Assembly: GCA_965153355.1 (NCBI GenBank) | Contig: OZ231126.1 | Coordinates: 15,996,001 to 16,060,000, forward strand | DNA length: 64,000 nucleotides | Source of the DNA: Flaccisagitta enflata | Lineage: Eukaryota | Reading direction: 5' to 3' | Shown here: positions 13,001 through 25,074 of the stretch, piece after piece | Layout of the letters: each line of letters opens with the position of its first letter | Position numbering within the stretch: the stretch's first letter is position 1 | The notes under the pieces: model-generated | Told to the model about the DNA's origin: nothing | Database searches by the model: none | The model's input: only the letters and a program-made list of their open reading frames with translations | Translations under genes and position numbers: made by a program

Positions 13001-14768
13001 GTCTCCAGGCGCCAACTCTGAAGGTGTGGAGGACACGAGAGCTAAGGAGGAGGAAGAGAGACGAAAATTGGAGGAAAAGATATGGAAAGAGAAGGAGAAG
13101 GAAAGGAAGGAAAAGGAAAGAAACGAGGAGAAGAGAGAAAAGGAACGAAAGGAGAAGGAGAAGAAAGAAAAAGAGAGAAAAGAGAGGAAGGACAAAGAGA
13201 GAAAAGAGAAAGATAAACAAGAAGAAGAGAAGGAGAAGGAAAGAAAGGAGAAAGAAAGAGATAAGGAAAAGAAGGAAAGAGATAAGGAAAAGGAGAAAGA
13301 TAAACAAAAAGAAGAGAAAACAAAGGGTAAATTGACGGAGAGAAAAACCAACGTGGAAACAGAAAAGAAGGACACATTCAGTAAACCCGAGGCGCCTGCC
13401 GGTCGAAGTAAAGCGGGAGTATCGGTGCCATCGGCAAAAGCCATTCGCGCCATGCAACCCATTCCCAAAGTGTCAACTAGGGAATCCTCCCTCGACAAAA
13501 GCCGCGATAAGTCATCCGACAGGCACGATAAGTCTGTGGATAAGCATGATAAATCAACCGACAGATGTGTGTCTAAATCTTCCGACAAGCACGATAAATC
13601 CAGCGATAAACATGACAAATCACGAAGCAAGTCTTCTTCAGATGACAAATCCTCTTCAAAGAAGTCCCGTCGAGATTCTAGTCGAGGCGACGACGAAGAC
13701 GACGATCACAAACGCCATAAACGCAAAAGAAAAGCAAAAGACGCTTCTTACGAGAAATTTCTTGAGGGCGGCTCGTCGCCCAAGCGGGCCCGTTTCCAAA
13801 TCGCCTTGGCATTGAGCGAATTCGACAAGGATAAAGATTCCGGGTCTACCAAGATCGCCGGGCACATCGTTACCGTCTCCAAGTCGAAATTGAAGCACAA
13901 GATCGAAGGATCGGAAAAGTCCTCGCTGGATGTTCGCGCAATACGGCCTTCGGAGACGTCTGAGAGGTACACCCAACACTCGATTCTTTTGGCCGATTTA
14001 AATCCGCATCTTAATCCTGGACCTACGCCGGTCGAGTTCGAGGAAGCTTGGGCCGAGCGGCGTCTATGGGCGTGCGTGGCGACTAATTGTGGAGGCGGTG
14101 GAGATGCCACAACTGCCTCCTCCAGCCGAATCATAGGCGAGGAGAACTTTTCCCGTAGGTCGGGTGAGTTAAACGCTGACAAGTTCACATACAATCCGAG
14201 TCGGCCCGTCGCCGACCTCATGAGTCAGAGTTGTAACGTGTCCTCGCTATCCACGACGTCACAAGTTCGCCGCATCAGCACGTGGAAGGACGCTCAAGTC
14301 GGAGACGCGCTGCCAACGAAATTGTTCTCAGTTCATGCGTCCAATTATGTCACTTCGCTCAACTCATTGGCGCCACCTGCCACGGCATCAGGATCTTACG
14401 AGACGTCTCAAGGCTTTTACGGTTCTCAACATCAGCATCCGGCTCAACCACCGCCTCAGCAAACTCGGCAAGATTACAATGAGCACCAGCCGGTGACGCA
14501 GCAAAATCATTACCAATATCACCATCAGCAGCCGCAGTATCAGCATCAGCATTCGGGGTACAATAGCGCATATGCTGCACCTCCCAACCAATCCGGCAAC
14601 CCGGTACACCTTCAAGCTCGGCAACCATATGGAGATGCTGGTCACGGTTACGAAGGCCATGCCCATGGGTCTCATCAACCCCCGGACTACGGCCATGCGC
14701 CAAATGCGTCTCACGCGGCTCGAGAAGCATCTATGGATCGATACTACGGACACTACAGACAATATTGA
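10014..14768 (+). CDS. Large intronless, mostly disordered Ser/Lys-rich putative nuclear protein (~1,580 aa) with K/E-rich tract and Gln/His/Tyr-rich tail; function unknown
   Basis: 4.9-kb uninterrupted ORF (9882-14768). The first ATG after the (CT)n tract is at 10014. Basic NLS-like clusters (KRKR, KRHKRKRK). No globular domain recognised. Confidence 0.75.
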   Translation: MTKRMDRDLEKLLCGSLPLRRERMSTLPLSCGVPFAAKRKRVECVFVRDDVSLASNIFSTESSPARKADSKLGSGATKSNKTARKSLDTSKSSNHSNKNAIAINNRATAANVTATSRDRVPDIIHSASDELYTTNIGEKVKFKRLLVQAEEKRQKESEGKENINATTGNKTARKSQAGAIKASTGATKVNNLSTGAVKSSSGAAVSAAKPSSDTALSAAKIAARTAFPIGIPAVKSSSGVAVGSGAKVRANDDSVSLKGSKSSSNIGRAKASKSCAAVLKQPIPSVPSSSLSTSSSTKTNTTKKGTTSSNPIVAKKSTGGISKSTSSKDTSSQKSVSFSVKEKEKICSSSTVLSDKEKSRPSSAASSQKPKKNSMDRHPEPVTPVSAEQVDASPKHEAETNGAGPVKTSSLVRCNGENKLIIKIPKPTASARSTVSTTSSFSSDNGPSGSDVSHNSPDPAVPSSCTSDKPSEETPMKSPSGATIAVDPRLNSSAARKRSGASSQQPTSSRTPSKKSSSPSSPKDPYMLYKIYRGKLKCKYKRKMKEKLAKRKEQIKKMFRGLCGSDFDELSSCSLSSISSEDEDWVTEPLRDDVITTSEKASPNDISFAHNLDASFQQTLSNSAFMTPSNSSIYATPAATTPAHGPFRNEISLSASYVQLPMVDSSISSESISGNAMQEASMGGSGQSDFVPVGSSGINNGAFSNPGVTLFPNTNVQATSPAMASGNGETPPVAPPQELFLPNENLSFNSSGQPQNFSLLLVDDANTVEENGNISLSSPFATLLATDTTLPTPDLRPCQVQLEHPLYIEILPNQRYGVGITSPPPPHLPPSSSSGAAPPLGSTPSGTPVLQHQQQQSSARSSAACGTATEIVQISENKYFKKAMKEGDIVVLPRSTVSTGGSVSEPDDGRKMAQTLEETTISIPALDASVASVFNAGTLTRDGSSMLKMDQSSLDGTIDEELVEVNLDMALSGEFALQQNFAPNDRGGQHGSSSSTSPGANSEGVEDTRAKEEEERRKLEEKIWKEKEKERKEKERNEEKREKERKEKEKKEKERKERKDKERKEKDKQEEEKEKERKEKERDKEKKERDKEKEKDKQKEEKTKGKLTERKTNVETEKKDTFSKPEAPAGRSKAGVSVPSAKAIRAMQPIPKVSTRESSLDKSRDKSSDRHDKSVDKHDKSTDRCVSKSSDKHDKSSDKHDKSRSKSSSDDKSSSKKSRRDSSRGDDEDDDHKRHKRKRKAKDASYEKFLEGGSSPKRARFQIALALSEFDKDKDSGSTKIAGHIVTVSKSKLKHKIEGSEKSSLDVRAIRPSETSERYTQHSILLADLNPHLNPGPTPVEFEEAWAERRLWACVATNCGGGGDATTASSSRIIGEENFSRRSGELNADKFTYNPSRPVADLMSQSCNVSSLSTTSQVRRISTWKDAQVGDALPTKLFSVHASNYVTSLNSLAPPATASGSYETSQGFYGSQHQHPAQPPPQQTRQDYNEHQPVTQQNHYQYHHQQPQYQHQHSGYNSAYAAPPNQSGNPVHLQARQPYGDAGHGYEGHAHGSHQPPDYGHAPNASHAAREASMDRYYGHYRQY

Positions 14769-14991
14769 ATGACGGGGGCAGAAACGTCATACTCTTTGTA
14801 ATTCTGTGTCCGTCCTTCCATTGTTTTACCAGCTTTACTTGCGTTTTAGTTTAAAAATGTTTATTAACGTTACGCTTTTCTAGTTCTAGTTTACCATCTC
14901 TCGTTCTTGAACGTAAACATTACATTGTATCCTATTGATTGCCCATGATCTTTGCAGGTTTGATGAGTAAGGATAAAAAAGAATTTTAACT

Positions 14992-17900
14992 ATGGGCGAC
15001 TCGGCGAAGAACCCAGTTTTGTTGTTGACTCGAAAATTCGAATCTACGCCCACTGCCTCCACGGACGTCGTATCCGAGAGTCAAGATGGCGAATCAACGC
15101 AACAACAACAAAAACAACAACATTCCAAACTCACAAAATCGATTCTGAAACTCTCCGAGAAGAAAGACCAACGAAAGCAAAACTCGGAACAACGAACGGA
15201 ATTCGCCCCCAAAGTCTCCGAGTTTACTTTCAAGGGCGGCGCCGAGGGCAGCGTCAAGGTCGACATCAGGGATCTATCGAGGCCGTTGACCGTAGCGGCC
15301 AGCAAGAAAGGCGATGAGGCCGATGGTTTGAGTAAAAAGGCCGGCGGGTTGAACGCCGGCCAACGATCCACGGCGAAGGCGGATAAAAAGGGGTCTCAAG
15401 TTCATCGCGAAGTTCGAAGTCTGAAAGCGCGTCAGCCGACTCGTGCGCCTCTCGTCAAGCATAAAGAAGAGAAGCTTCTTCGGCAAGTTGGATACAATGT
15501 GGCGGTCGATGAGGTAGGATGGCTTTTGTCACGTATTCGCGTTTATGAACAATTATCAATTCATGATTACAATTGTCAGATGTACTAATTGTCAGTTTTC
15601 TCTTAAAATATTTTTGTGCTGCTTTCATTGTAGCTTACATAGTAGCTCTGTTAGTTTTAAACACTCGGTCTTGCGCCTCATACAAACAAAAACGATTTTA
15701 TTATCTCAGGTGAAAAAGTGGAAAGGCGTCGTTAAGAGAAATCGGGAGGCAGAAACTGCGTCATTCCCGCTGGAGCAACCCAGTTTCAACGTTAGCTCAA
15801 CGCAGGAGTTAGTGCAAAGGTGAGATTGTTGCATCGACTGGATGTAGTCAATTTTATTTTAAGACGATTTTCACAATTTTATTCTAAGACGATTCTTTCT
15901 CATTAGGATTTGCCTCGGATCAGCGGTTTCTCTGTCTTGCATGTCCACTACCTCCTTCATTTCCATTTCTCTCTCTTTCTTGCTTTCGAAGTTCTCTTTC
16001 TTGCTATTTTTTCTCTCTTCTTATCTTTTGTTCATTCTTTCTCTCTCCATTTTTTCATACTTTTCTTTCTTCCTTGATTTCTCTCACTTTATTTTTCTTA
16101 CGTTTTCTCTCTTTCTTTCTCTTTATTTCTTGCTTTGTTGATTTCTTGCGTTCTTGCTTTGTTTCTTTCTTGCTTGCTTGCTTTGTTTCTTTCTTGCTTC
16201 CTTACTTTGTTGCTTTGTTTCTTTGTTACATTGTTTCTTTCTTGCTTTCTTTCTTTCTTGCTATGTTTCTTTGTTACTTGCTTTGCTTCTTTCTTGCTTT
16301 GTTTCTTTCTTGCTTTGTTTCTTTCTTGCTTTGTTTCTTTCTTGCTTTGTTTCTTTCTTGCATTGTTTCTTTCTTGCTTTGTCTCTTTCTTGCTTTGTTC
16401 TTTCTTGCTTTGTTTGTTTCTTGCTTTGCTTACTTCTTGCTTTATTTCTTTCTTGCTTTGTTTCTTTCTCGCTTTGCTTCTCTCTTGCTAAGTTGCTTCT
16501 TTCTTGCATTGCTTCTTTCTTGCATTGCTTCTTTCTTGCATTGCTTCTTTCTTGCATTGCTTCTTTCTTGCTTTGTTTCTTTCTTGCTTTGTTTCTTTAT
16601 TGCTTTGTTTCTTTCTTGCTTTGTTTCTTTCTTGCTTTGTTTCTTTCTTGCTTTGTTTCTTTCTTGCTTTGTTTCTTTCTTGCTTTGTTTGTTTCTTGCT
16701 TTGTTTCTTTCTTGCTTTGTTTCTTTCTTGCTTTGTTTCTTTCTTGCTTTGTTTCTTTCTTGCAATGTTTCTTGTTTTGTTTGTTTCTTGCTTTGTTTCT
16801 TTATTGCTTTGTTTGTTTCTTGTTTTGTTTGTTTCTTGCTTCGTTGCTATATTGCTTCGTTTTTTCTTGCCTCGTATCGCTCTGGATTTGTTTGTTTCTT
16901 ACTTTCTTTCTCTCATCAATTTTTTCCTTTCCCCCAGATTTAAGCCTCGCACTCCTTTGGAGCTAGAAGTGGCCAAACTTCTTAACGGCAGCGACAGCGT
17001 TTTGGGACAAGATCGCGTCCTGACCGTTCGAGAAGAACGCGCTCTCAAAGCGATGGACTTGGAAGAAGCCCAAAGAAAAAGAGCCGAGTTGCAAAAGATG
17101 CGATCGTTGCAATCCTACGCTCAAATCCGCGCCAAACGTCAAGGCAAGATCAAGTCCAAACGTTATCATCGTCGTCAGCGTAAAGCCAAAGAAGGCGAAA
17201 ACGCCAAAATCTACGAAGAGTTGGAGAAATCGCATCCAGAAAGATTTCAGGAGATGTTGGAGAAAATGGAACGCAAACGTGTCGAAGAAAGGATGAATCA
17301 AAGGCATAAGAATAACAGCAAATGGGTAAGACGCGTCAGTTGGATTACCCCCAACTTCTTTTAACATGTGTTCTGGCATATTGGCTCATGTCGTAGTTTG
17401 AACTTTGAATTTTTGATTCATCATGAACATTCATCATGAACAACATTGAACATCATCATCTTCATCTGCATCATCCATCATCAATCATCATCCTCACACT
17501 CTATATCATCATCATCATCATCATAGTCCTTATCGTACTTAATATCGTCAATTCATCATCCTTGTCATCCCTTCTCTTCATTTAAATCTGAATTCGCTGT
17601 TGCACTTACCAACATCTCTTGCTAAACAGTCTCATGTCCTTTACTCCCACTTCAGGTAAAAAGCATGACGAAGCTCGGTAAGAAAGATTCCGAGGCGAGG
17701 ACGGCGTTGAACGAGGCGTTAGAAACGAGTCGGAAGTTGACGGAAAAGCGGCCCGTGGCTCAATCAGACGAGGAAGAGGAGGAAGAGGGAGCATCGTCGG
17801 CGCAACAAAACGGCGGAAACGCGGCTGAGAACGGAGGAGACACTTTGGGATCCGGAATCTCGCACAATCCATGGCTGTCGTCAGCCGGCGCTAAAGGCAA

Positions 17901-19026
17901 GAAAGACGACGTCGGCCTCAATAGCGCCGTGGATCAGGAAGAAACGATTTCCTCAATGTATCCAAAATTGGAGGAGATCAGGAATGAGCAGGAATCGTCC
18001 GACGATGATGACGATGACGACGACGATGATGATGGAAGCGACGAAGATGAAGAAGATGAGGATGACGGAGGCAAAGAAGGCGAAGAGGAGAAATTGGACG
18101 CGGAAGATTTACCTACGATTCAAAACGACGACGATGAAAATATAGTCGCGAAAGAAGATCGAATCGTAGCGAAACTCGATAAGAAATCCGACGACGTGCC
18201 TCCCATTTCCGCCTCTAAAGCCGCTTCCGCCGTACAGGAAGTGGATCCGACGATGATTCTGCTCAAAGCCCCGGAAGTCGTCAAATCTGGTCAATTACCG
18301 ACGTTGGCCTCGTACGAAAACGACATCGACGGTGTCGACGATAACGTGGATGACGATGAAGACGATGATGAAGATGCTCAACGACGCCTGACGATCGAGG
18401 AAGCGTTTGCCGACGACGACGTGGTCGCGGAATTCGCTTCGGCGAAATCCAGCGCCGTGGAGAAACAAACGCCGAAAGCGGTATGCACGGCGTTGCCCGG
18501 TTGGGGCGATTGGGTCGGCGGCCAATTGGACGGCGTTTCCGCCAAAAGAAAACGCCAATTCACGGAAAAACCGGCTCCCCAGCGAGCGAGAAAGGACAAG
18601 GACAAACCGCGCGTGATCATCAACGAAAAGCAACGAGACAACAAACTCATGAGACATCTCGTCTCCGACATCCCGACGAGAGACTTTGACTCGGTGGAAG
18701 AGTTTGAGAAGTCCATTCGGGCGCCGGTGGGAAGGACTTGGAACGCCGAAGCGGCCTATCAGAAGATGATCGTGCCCAACCTCACCACCAAAATGGGAAC
18801 CGTCATCGATCCAATTAACAAAGAGAAAACTTTCATTCGCAAAGAGGAAAAAGCCCATTCTAGCGACGAAGACGAGGATTATGATGGTGGTGACCAAAAA
18901 GTGAAAAGGAAGAAGATGCGACGCGATGGAAAGATGCGAGGGAAAGGATCGGCTGGGAAAAAGTTTGGTGGAATGAACAATTCGGATGTGGGGAAGAAAA
19001 AGACCAAAGGGGGTGCCAGAACTTAG
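14992..19026 (+). CDS. UTP14: U3 snoRNA-associated protein 14 (SSU processome); exons 14992-15513, 15710-15819, 16938-17325, 17656-19026
   Basis: Utp14 motifs KWKGVVKRNREAETASFPL, RTPLELEV, KRQGKIKSKRYHR, ERMNQRHKNNSKW, AFADDDVVAEF, LPGWGDW, VIINEK, PVGRTWN. GT-AG phases are consistent. Confidence 0.93.
15950..16920. repeat. Pyrimidine-rich 16-bp minisatellite (TTGCTTTGTTTCTTTC)n in UTP14 intron 2
   Basis: Tandem array seen directly. Confidence 0.9.
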
Positions 19027-19294
19027 CTGTTACTGATTTGGAAACTGTGAGCTTTAAAAACCAGTTGTTACATGCTGTGCTGTTGTTTTGATGAATTTTT
19101 TGAGATTTTTTTAAAGGTTCGTGGCTCCAGTTAAATGCCTCCAATCCGCGTTAAGATTCAGTTAAGTATTCATACTCAATTAAGTATTCATACTCCTTTT
19201 GCTATTTATCCATCTCGTTAGGTGCGGTCCATGTAGTTAAACACAAAGACAGTTATTTAGCTGTAGCCCTTAAGCAGCTTTACAGTCGACCACA

Positions 19295-21451
19295 ATGTCG
19301 AGCAATGAGCTTCTCAACGTTTTCGTAAAAGTCTCATCATTCCTGACGCAAGAACCAGACTGCGCTTGCGTCGAGATTAGTTTAGATATCGGTGAGGGTT
19401 GCATTAAGATTAGACCCCTAGGCACGCGCACGCGAGCTAGCTTAAGCTTACATGAGGTGGTCGATCACTCACAGCAGATGCGCAGTTGCCCCTCGACGCA
19501 GCCAAACCGTCGATCTCAGCAGACCAACGATCCTAGACCGCGTCACGGTGATCGCCGTCCTGCAACCAGCTACGAGGAGCCTATGGCCCGCTTCTCAGCC
19601 GCTCCAAACCAACAACGAAGCTCAGCAGATCCTGTAGGGGCGATACGCCTCCCACCTCTTCCAGAGACAATGCGATCTCTAGCGCCAGCCAATCCGCTCT
19701 CGCCAGTGCAGGGACGCCCGCCATACATCGGACCTCGTCAACATGATAGTCGTCCTTTAAATGAAACCATCTACGCGGAGCCCATGCCCCGCTTCTCAGC
19801 TGCTCCAAACCAACGGCAATTGGTTGCAGATTCCGCGGATGCGATAAGCCCCCTTCCGCCCCCGGAGACGATACGGTCTCAGGCGCCTGTCGAGACGCCC
19901 TCGCCGATTCGGGAACGCCCGCGATCCTGCAGTTTGGAGTGCGCTACTCCAGACGCAAACGCGATTTACGGTACTTGTCGGGTAACGAAAACTTCTCCAA
20001 TAAAGCGATTGAAGCCAGGCTATATTCCCATTGACGCCCCTCCTTGCAAGAATGGCCCTTGTAAATCTCGACGAGCTCGCATGCAGAACGTTTCGGCTTC
20101 GATGTCGCGTTTTTCGGAAGGCGACGATAGCTGGAGCGTCGCTGGTTCCGAGGAACCGCTTGTCGTCAACACGTCCACACCTGAGTCTGAAAGCTTCCCT
20201 ACCACCTTGTCCGATCCGGCACCACCTCCGCTGAAGAGAATGAGCTACTCGATGTTGCCCGCCCGTGTAAGGAAATCGTCCGTGGGCGGAGGAACGCGTA
20301 TGGAAACATCGCCAGAACCCCTGCTGCAGACGGCAACGCCGCCCCTGATGCCCTTTCCCCTGTCTTTCCATGTCTCGCCTTTGCCGGTTGGTGTGGAGAA
20401 GCCAAATAACAGGGTGGAGATGGGTAGCAAAGGTTTCACTGAGGCGGATGTTAAGATTGATAGCGCAGGTAAACAGATCTCCAATCTAACAAGGTTCTTC
20501 GATCTTCATTTCTCTTTAAAGCGTTGGTCCCGTCATCCCTCGTCCTTAATCAATACATTTCTCGTTATTTGCACATTTGGCTGATTATCGCATCTACACA
20601 ATCATTGAATGGCTTCAATGAATGCCCACCCACCCACCCTGCATCAAAAACATTTTTCAATTTTCCAACTCCGCTTTCCGCGCAATTTAATCTCGAGTAT
20701 CTCCTTTGCCTCTGCAGCATGCGTTCCATCGTCAAAGAAGTCCTGCCCGGCTTTAGCCTCTGCTATTCCTCCCCCGCCTCTGCCGACATTGGTTGACTTC
20801 TTGGCCATCAACCAACCCGGTACCGCGGACAAGCTGCGCTTCGCCGCGTTCGTTCCTTACGACGATGCCATTTCCCTTCCTTCGGCGTCCACTTCGTTTT
20901 GCAAGCCTCCCCTCCCGTTCAACGTCATCACCGCTATGGCCTTGCTCAACTCCCGACAAGCCACTCTGCCCACCAACGAGATTTTCGAGTTCATTCGGAA
21001 GAATTTCCCTTATTTCAGGTAGCGCAAACTTGTTATCTATTGCTTTGACGATACTATGTGCTTAAAAAAAAAAGAAAAAAAAAAAGAAGAAAATTTGAAC
21101 AAATAATGAAATGAAAACATTGTGAAGAATAATCTTAATCGTTTGGAGTTTTGCATAATTTTGGACCCTCTGTTCTCAGAACCTATCGCAGTTGGGAGGC
21201 TTCGGTGAAACGCGCGCTGTTGGCTTTTCCTCAATGGTTCAGTCGTTATCATCCCACTCATTTTCAGTCCAACTTTCATTTGTGGCACTTCTCTTCGGTC
21301 GAGGCCGTTGATATTGTGATTGAGAAATTGAGTCGGACCAAGGTTAGTGTGAAAATGAAAATGGATGAAAGGCAGAAGGGTAAAGGAAGAAAGGCAGAAG
21401 GGTCAAGAAAGAAATGAAAAGAAATAAAGAGAGAATGAGAGAAAGAAAGAG

Positions 21452-21487
<36 letters not shown>

Positions 21488-24263
21488 TGAAAGATTGAAA
21501 GATTGAAAGATTGAAAGAAAGGAAAAGTAGGAAGGAAGGGAGAGGGAGAAAAGAGAGGAAGAACAAAAGAGAGAGGAAGAACAAAAGAGAGAGGAAGAAC
21601 AAAAGAGAGAGGAAGAACAAAAGAGAGAGGAAGAACTAAAGAGAGAGGAAGAACTAAAGAGAGAGGAAGAACAAAAGAGAGAGGAAGAACAAAAGAGAGA
21701 GGAAGAACAAAAGAGAGGAAGAACAAAAGAGAGGAAGAACAAAAGAGAGGAAGAACAAAAGAGAGAGAAGAAGAACAAAAGAGAGAGAAGAAGAACAAAA
21801 GAGAGAGAGGAAGAACAAAAGAGAGAGGAGGAAGAACAAAAGAGAGAGGAGGAAGAACAAAAGAGAGAGGAGGAAGAACAAAAGAGAGAGGAGGAAGAAC
21901 AAAAGAGAGAGGAGGAAGAACAAAAGAGAGAGGAGGAAGAACAAAAGAGAGAGGAAGAACAAAAGAGAGAGGAAGAACAAAAGAGAGAGGAAGAACAAAA
22001 GAGAGAGGAAGAACAAAAGAGAGAGGAAGAACAAAAGAGAGAGGAAGAACAAAAGAGAGAGGAAGAACAAGAGAGAGGAAGAACAAAAGAGAGGAAGAAC
22101 AAAAGACGAAAAACAAAAGAAAGGAGAGAAAGAACAAAAGGAGAGAAAGAACAAAAGGAGAGAAAGAACAACAGAAAGGAGAGAAAGAACAACAGAAAGG
22201 AGAGAAAGAACAACAAGAAGGAGAGAAAGATAAAAAGAAAGGAGAGAAAGAACAAAAGAAAGGAGAGAAAGAACAAAAGAAAGGAGAGAAAGAACAAAAG
22301 AAAGGAGAGAAAGAACAAAAGAAAGGAGAGAAAGAACAAAAGATAGGAGAGAAAGAACAAAAGATAGGAGAGAAAGAACAAAAGATAGGAGAGAAAGAAC
22401 AAAAGATAGGAGAGAAAGAACAAAAGAAAGGAGAGAAAGAACAAAAGAAAGGAGAGAAAGAACAAAAGAAAGGAGAGAAAGAACAAAAGAAAGGAGAGAA
22501 AGAACAAAAGAAAGGAGAGAAAGAACAAAAGAAAGGAGAGAAAGAACAAAAGAAAGGAGAGAAAGAACAAAAGAAAGGAGAGAAAGAACAAAAGAAAGGA
22601 GAGAAAGAACAAAAGAAAGGAGAGAAAGAACAAAAGAAAGTAGAGAAAGAACAAAAGAAAGGAGAGAAAGAACAAAAGAAAGGAGAGAAAGAACAAAAGC
22701 AAGGAGAGAAAGAACAAAAGCAAGGAGAGAAAGAACAAAAGCAAGGAGAGAAAGAACAAAAGCAAGGAGAGAAAGAACAAAAGCAAGGAGAGAAAGAACA
22801 AAAGCAAGGAGAGAAAGAACAAAAGCAAGGAGAGAAAGAACAAAAGCAAGGAGAGAAAGAACAAAAGCAAGGAGAGAAAGAACAAAAGCAAGGAGAGAAA
22901 GAACAAAAGCAAGGAGAGAAAGAACAAAAGCAAGGAGAGAAAGAACAAAAGCAAGGAGAGAAAGAACAAAAGCAAGGAGAGAAAGAACAAAAGCAAGGAG
23001 AGAAAGAACAAAAGCAAGGAGAGAAAGAACAAAAGCAAGGAGAGAAAGAACAAAAGCAAGGAGAGAAAGAACAAAAGCAAGGAGAGAAAGAACAAAAGCA
23101 AGGAGAGAAAGAACAAAAGCAAGGAGAGAAAGAACAAAAGCAAGGAGAGAAAGAACAAAAGCAAGGAGAGAAAGAACAAAAGCAAGGAGAGAAAGAACAA
23201 AAGCAAGGAGAGAAAGAACAAAAGCAAGGAGAGAAAGAACAAAAGCAAGGAGAGAAAGAACAAAAGCAAGGAGAGAAAGAACAAAAGCAAGGAGAGAAAG
23301 AACAAAAGCAAGGAGAGAAAGAACAAAAGCGAGGAGAGAAAGAACAAAAGCGAGGAGAGAAAGAATAAAAGCGAGGAGAGAAAGAACAAAAGCGAGGAGA
23401 GAAAGAACAAAAGCAAGGAGAGAAAGAACAAAAGCAAGGAGAGAAAGAACAAAAGCAAGGAGAGAAAGAACAAAAGCAAGGAGAGGTAGAACAAAAGAAA
23501 GGTGAGGAAGAAGAAAAGAAAGGTGAGGAAGAAGAAAGGAAAGGTGAGAAAGAACAGTTTAAGGAAGGAAGGACCGTTTGAGGAAGGACAGTTTAAGGAA
23601 GGAAGAACAGTTTAAGGAAGGAAGAGGAAGAACAAAAGCAAGGAAGAATGGAAAAGAGAAGAGGAAAAGATAGAAGGGGAAAAAGGAGGAAAACACATCG
23701 AAAAGAAAAGGAGAGGAAAATGTAGAAAGAAAAAAAAATGATGAAATAAAGGGAAGGAAGAATGAAACGAGCCCATTTAAATGAAGGAAAAACAACAAAA
23801 CGAAAATCAAGGCTAAGTAGGCCAATTAGGTGCGACGTGTGGATCGTTGAACGAATACGTTACCAACCAACCAACCAACACACCAACGGACATAGCCAGT
23901 TATAGTGGTGCTTTGTCGCATCTAAAAAGAATAAAAACCAAACGGAAACAGTAAAGTGTGAGACATTTTTGATTGTTTTGTGTCTTCTGTGTTTCGGTGT
24001 TTGACCAATTTTTGGCTTGCCCGTTCCATCCACATAACTTTTCACTAAATCAGGAACTCTACCAATCTTCTCTGCACGAGTTCATGGCTTGGCCTCACTT
24101 GGCGACGGCCATATTTCGTGGCGTGGTTGAATCGAGAATGATGCCTTCGCTGATGCCTTTCCTATGTCAACTCGGCGAGGTGATCGACGGCAAAGGGGTC
24201 ACCGGTCGTCACACGGAAGTCCAGTGGTGGAACGCTAACGCGCCCTGGTTGCCAAAGAGTTGA
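19295..24263 (+). CDS. Divergent forkhead-box protein, closest in pattern to FoxN1/4 (FoxR-like tail); exons 19295-20468, 20718-21018, 21180-21342, 24054-24263
   Basis: KPPLPFNVITAMALLNSRQATLPTNEIFEFIRKNFPYFR/TYRSWEASVKRAL...HLW aligns by eye with FoxN KPIYSYS..FMALKNSKTGSLPVSEIY..EHFPYFK..GWKNSVRHNL..LW. The downstream LHEFMAWPHL resembles the FoxN RRSMAKPEEL segment. Splice phases 1, 2, 0 are consistent. Confidence 0.72.
21420..23760. repeat. Purine-rich minisatellite array, mainly the 21-bp unit AGAACAAAAGCAAGGAGAGAA with 16-21-bp variants
   Basis: Seen directly in intron 3 of the forkhead gene. It is the source of the 716-aa poly-LLFF ORF. Confidence 0.95.
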
Positions 24264-25074
24264 AACCGGGTCGTTGTCAATTTCCGAGCTGTGGCTATTT
24301 TATTTTAGCTTCATTTCCGTTTAAAAACTGTGAAGATGTTTTTAGATTAACCAGAACCAGTGGATTGTCTTACGCAGCGATCCTACACACTTTCGCATTC
24401 GTGCTCATTTAGTTTTCTTCAAATCCTCTTTTTATCTTATGGAACATTCTATTTAATCCTGTATTGCCCCTGGCAGCGAAACTCAATTATTCTTGATGAT
24501 TCATGATGTCTCGCCGCGTAAGGATTATCTAATCTAAGCTACGCTACGAGTAGTCGAGTTTTTATCCTCACCCCTTTGGTCTCTCTTTTGTTCTTCATAT
24601 CATCCAAGAAACTCGTCTTTCTCGTCTGAGGTCGTCGTTGCTCTGCGCTCTCAACGGCTAAACCCCGAGCTTCTTTTTGAGTTTTCCTCACGATCAAATA
24701 AAAGAAAAGAGGGAAGTGAGAGATTTTTGTTTCCTTCGTACGCGCCAAAACTGAATCTGGGAAAATAGAATTGCTTTCACCGATTTATCGACGATAGAAT
24801 TTACGCCATAATCGTTGTTTTCTGACGCATGTTTTCGCCCCATGACCAAGATATTATCTGTAGTAGTATTTAGCTTCGTTTTATGACACGAGAAAAAGAT
24901 TCTTCTTCTTCTTTTACCGTTGCGATCGCGTTTCCTTTATTTTGACTATCATTTGCCTAACAACGACCAGGTCTCACGAACCACGACGGTTGGTTTTACC
25001 GTATCCAATTGGTACGAAATCATCGAACAATCAGATCAAATGTGAAAGCTAGCTAAATAACTTTTTTCGCAAAC

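Noticed and set aside
16074-16966. Long hydrophobic ORFs suggesting membrane proteins (also 21344-23494, 46038-46997, 47086-47987, 52048-52772)
   Set aside because: They are artefacts of stop-free simple repeats lying within introns of well-supported genes.
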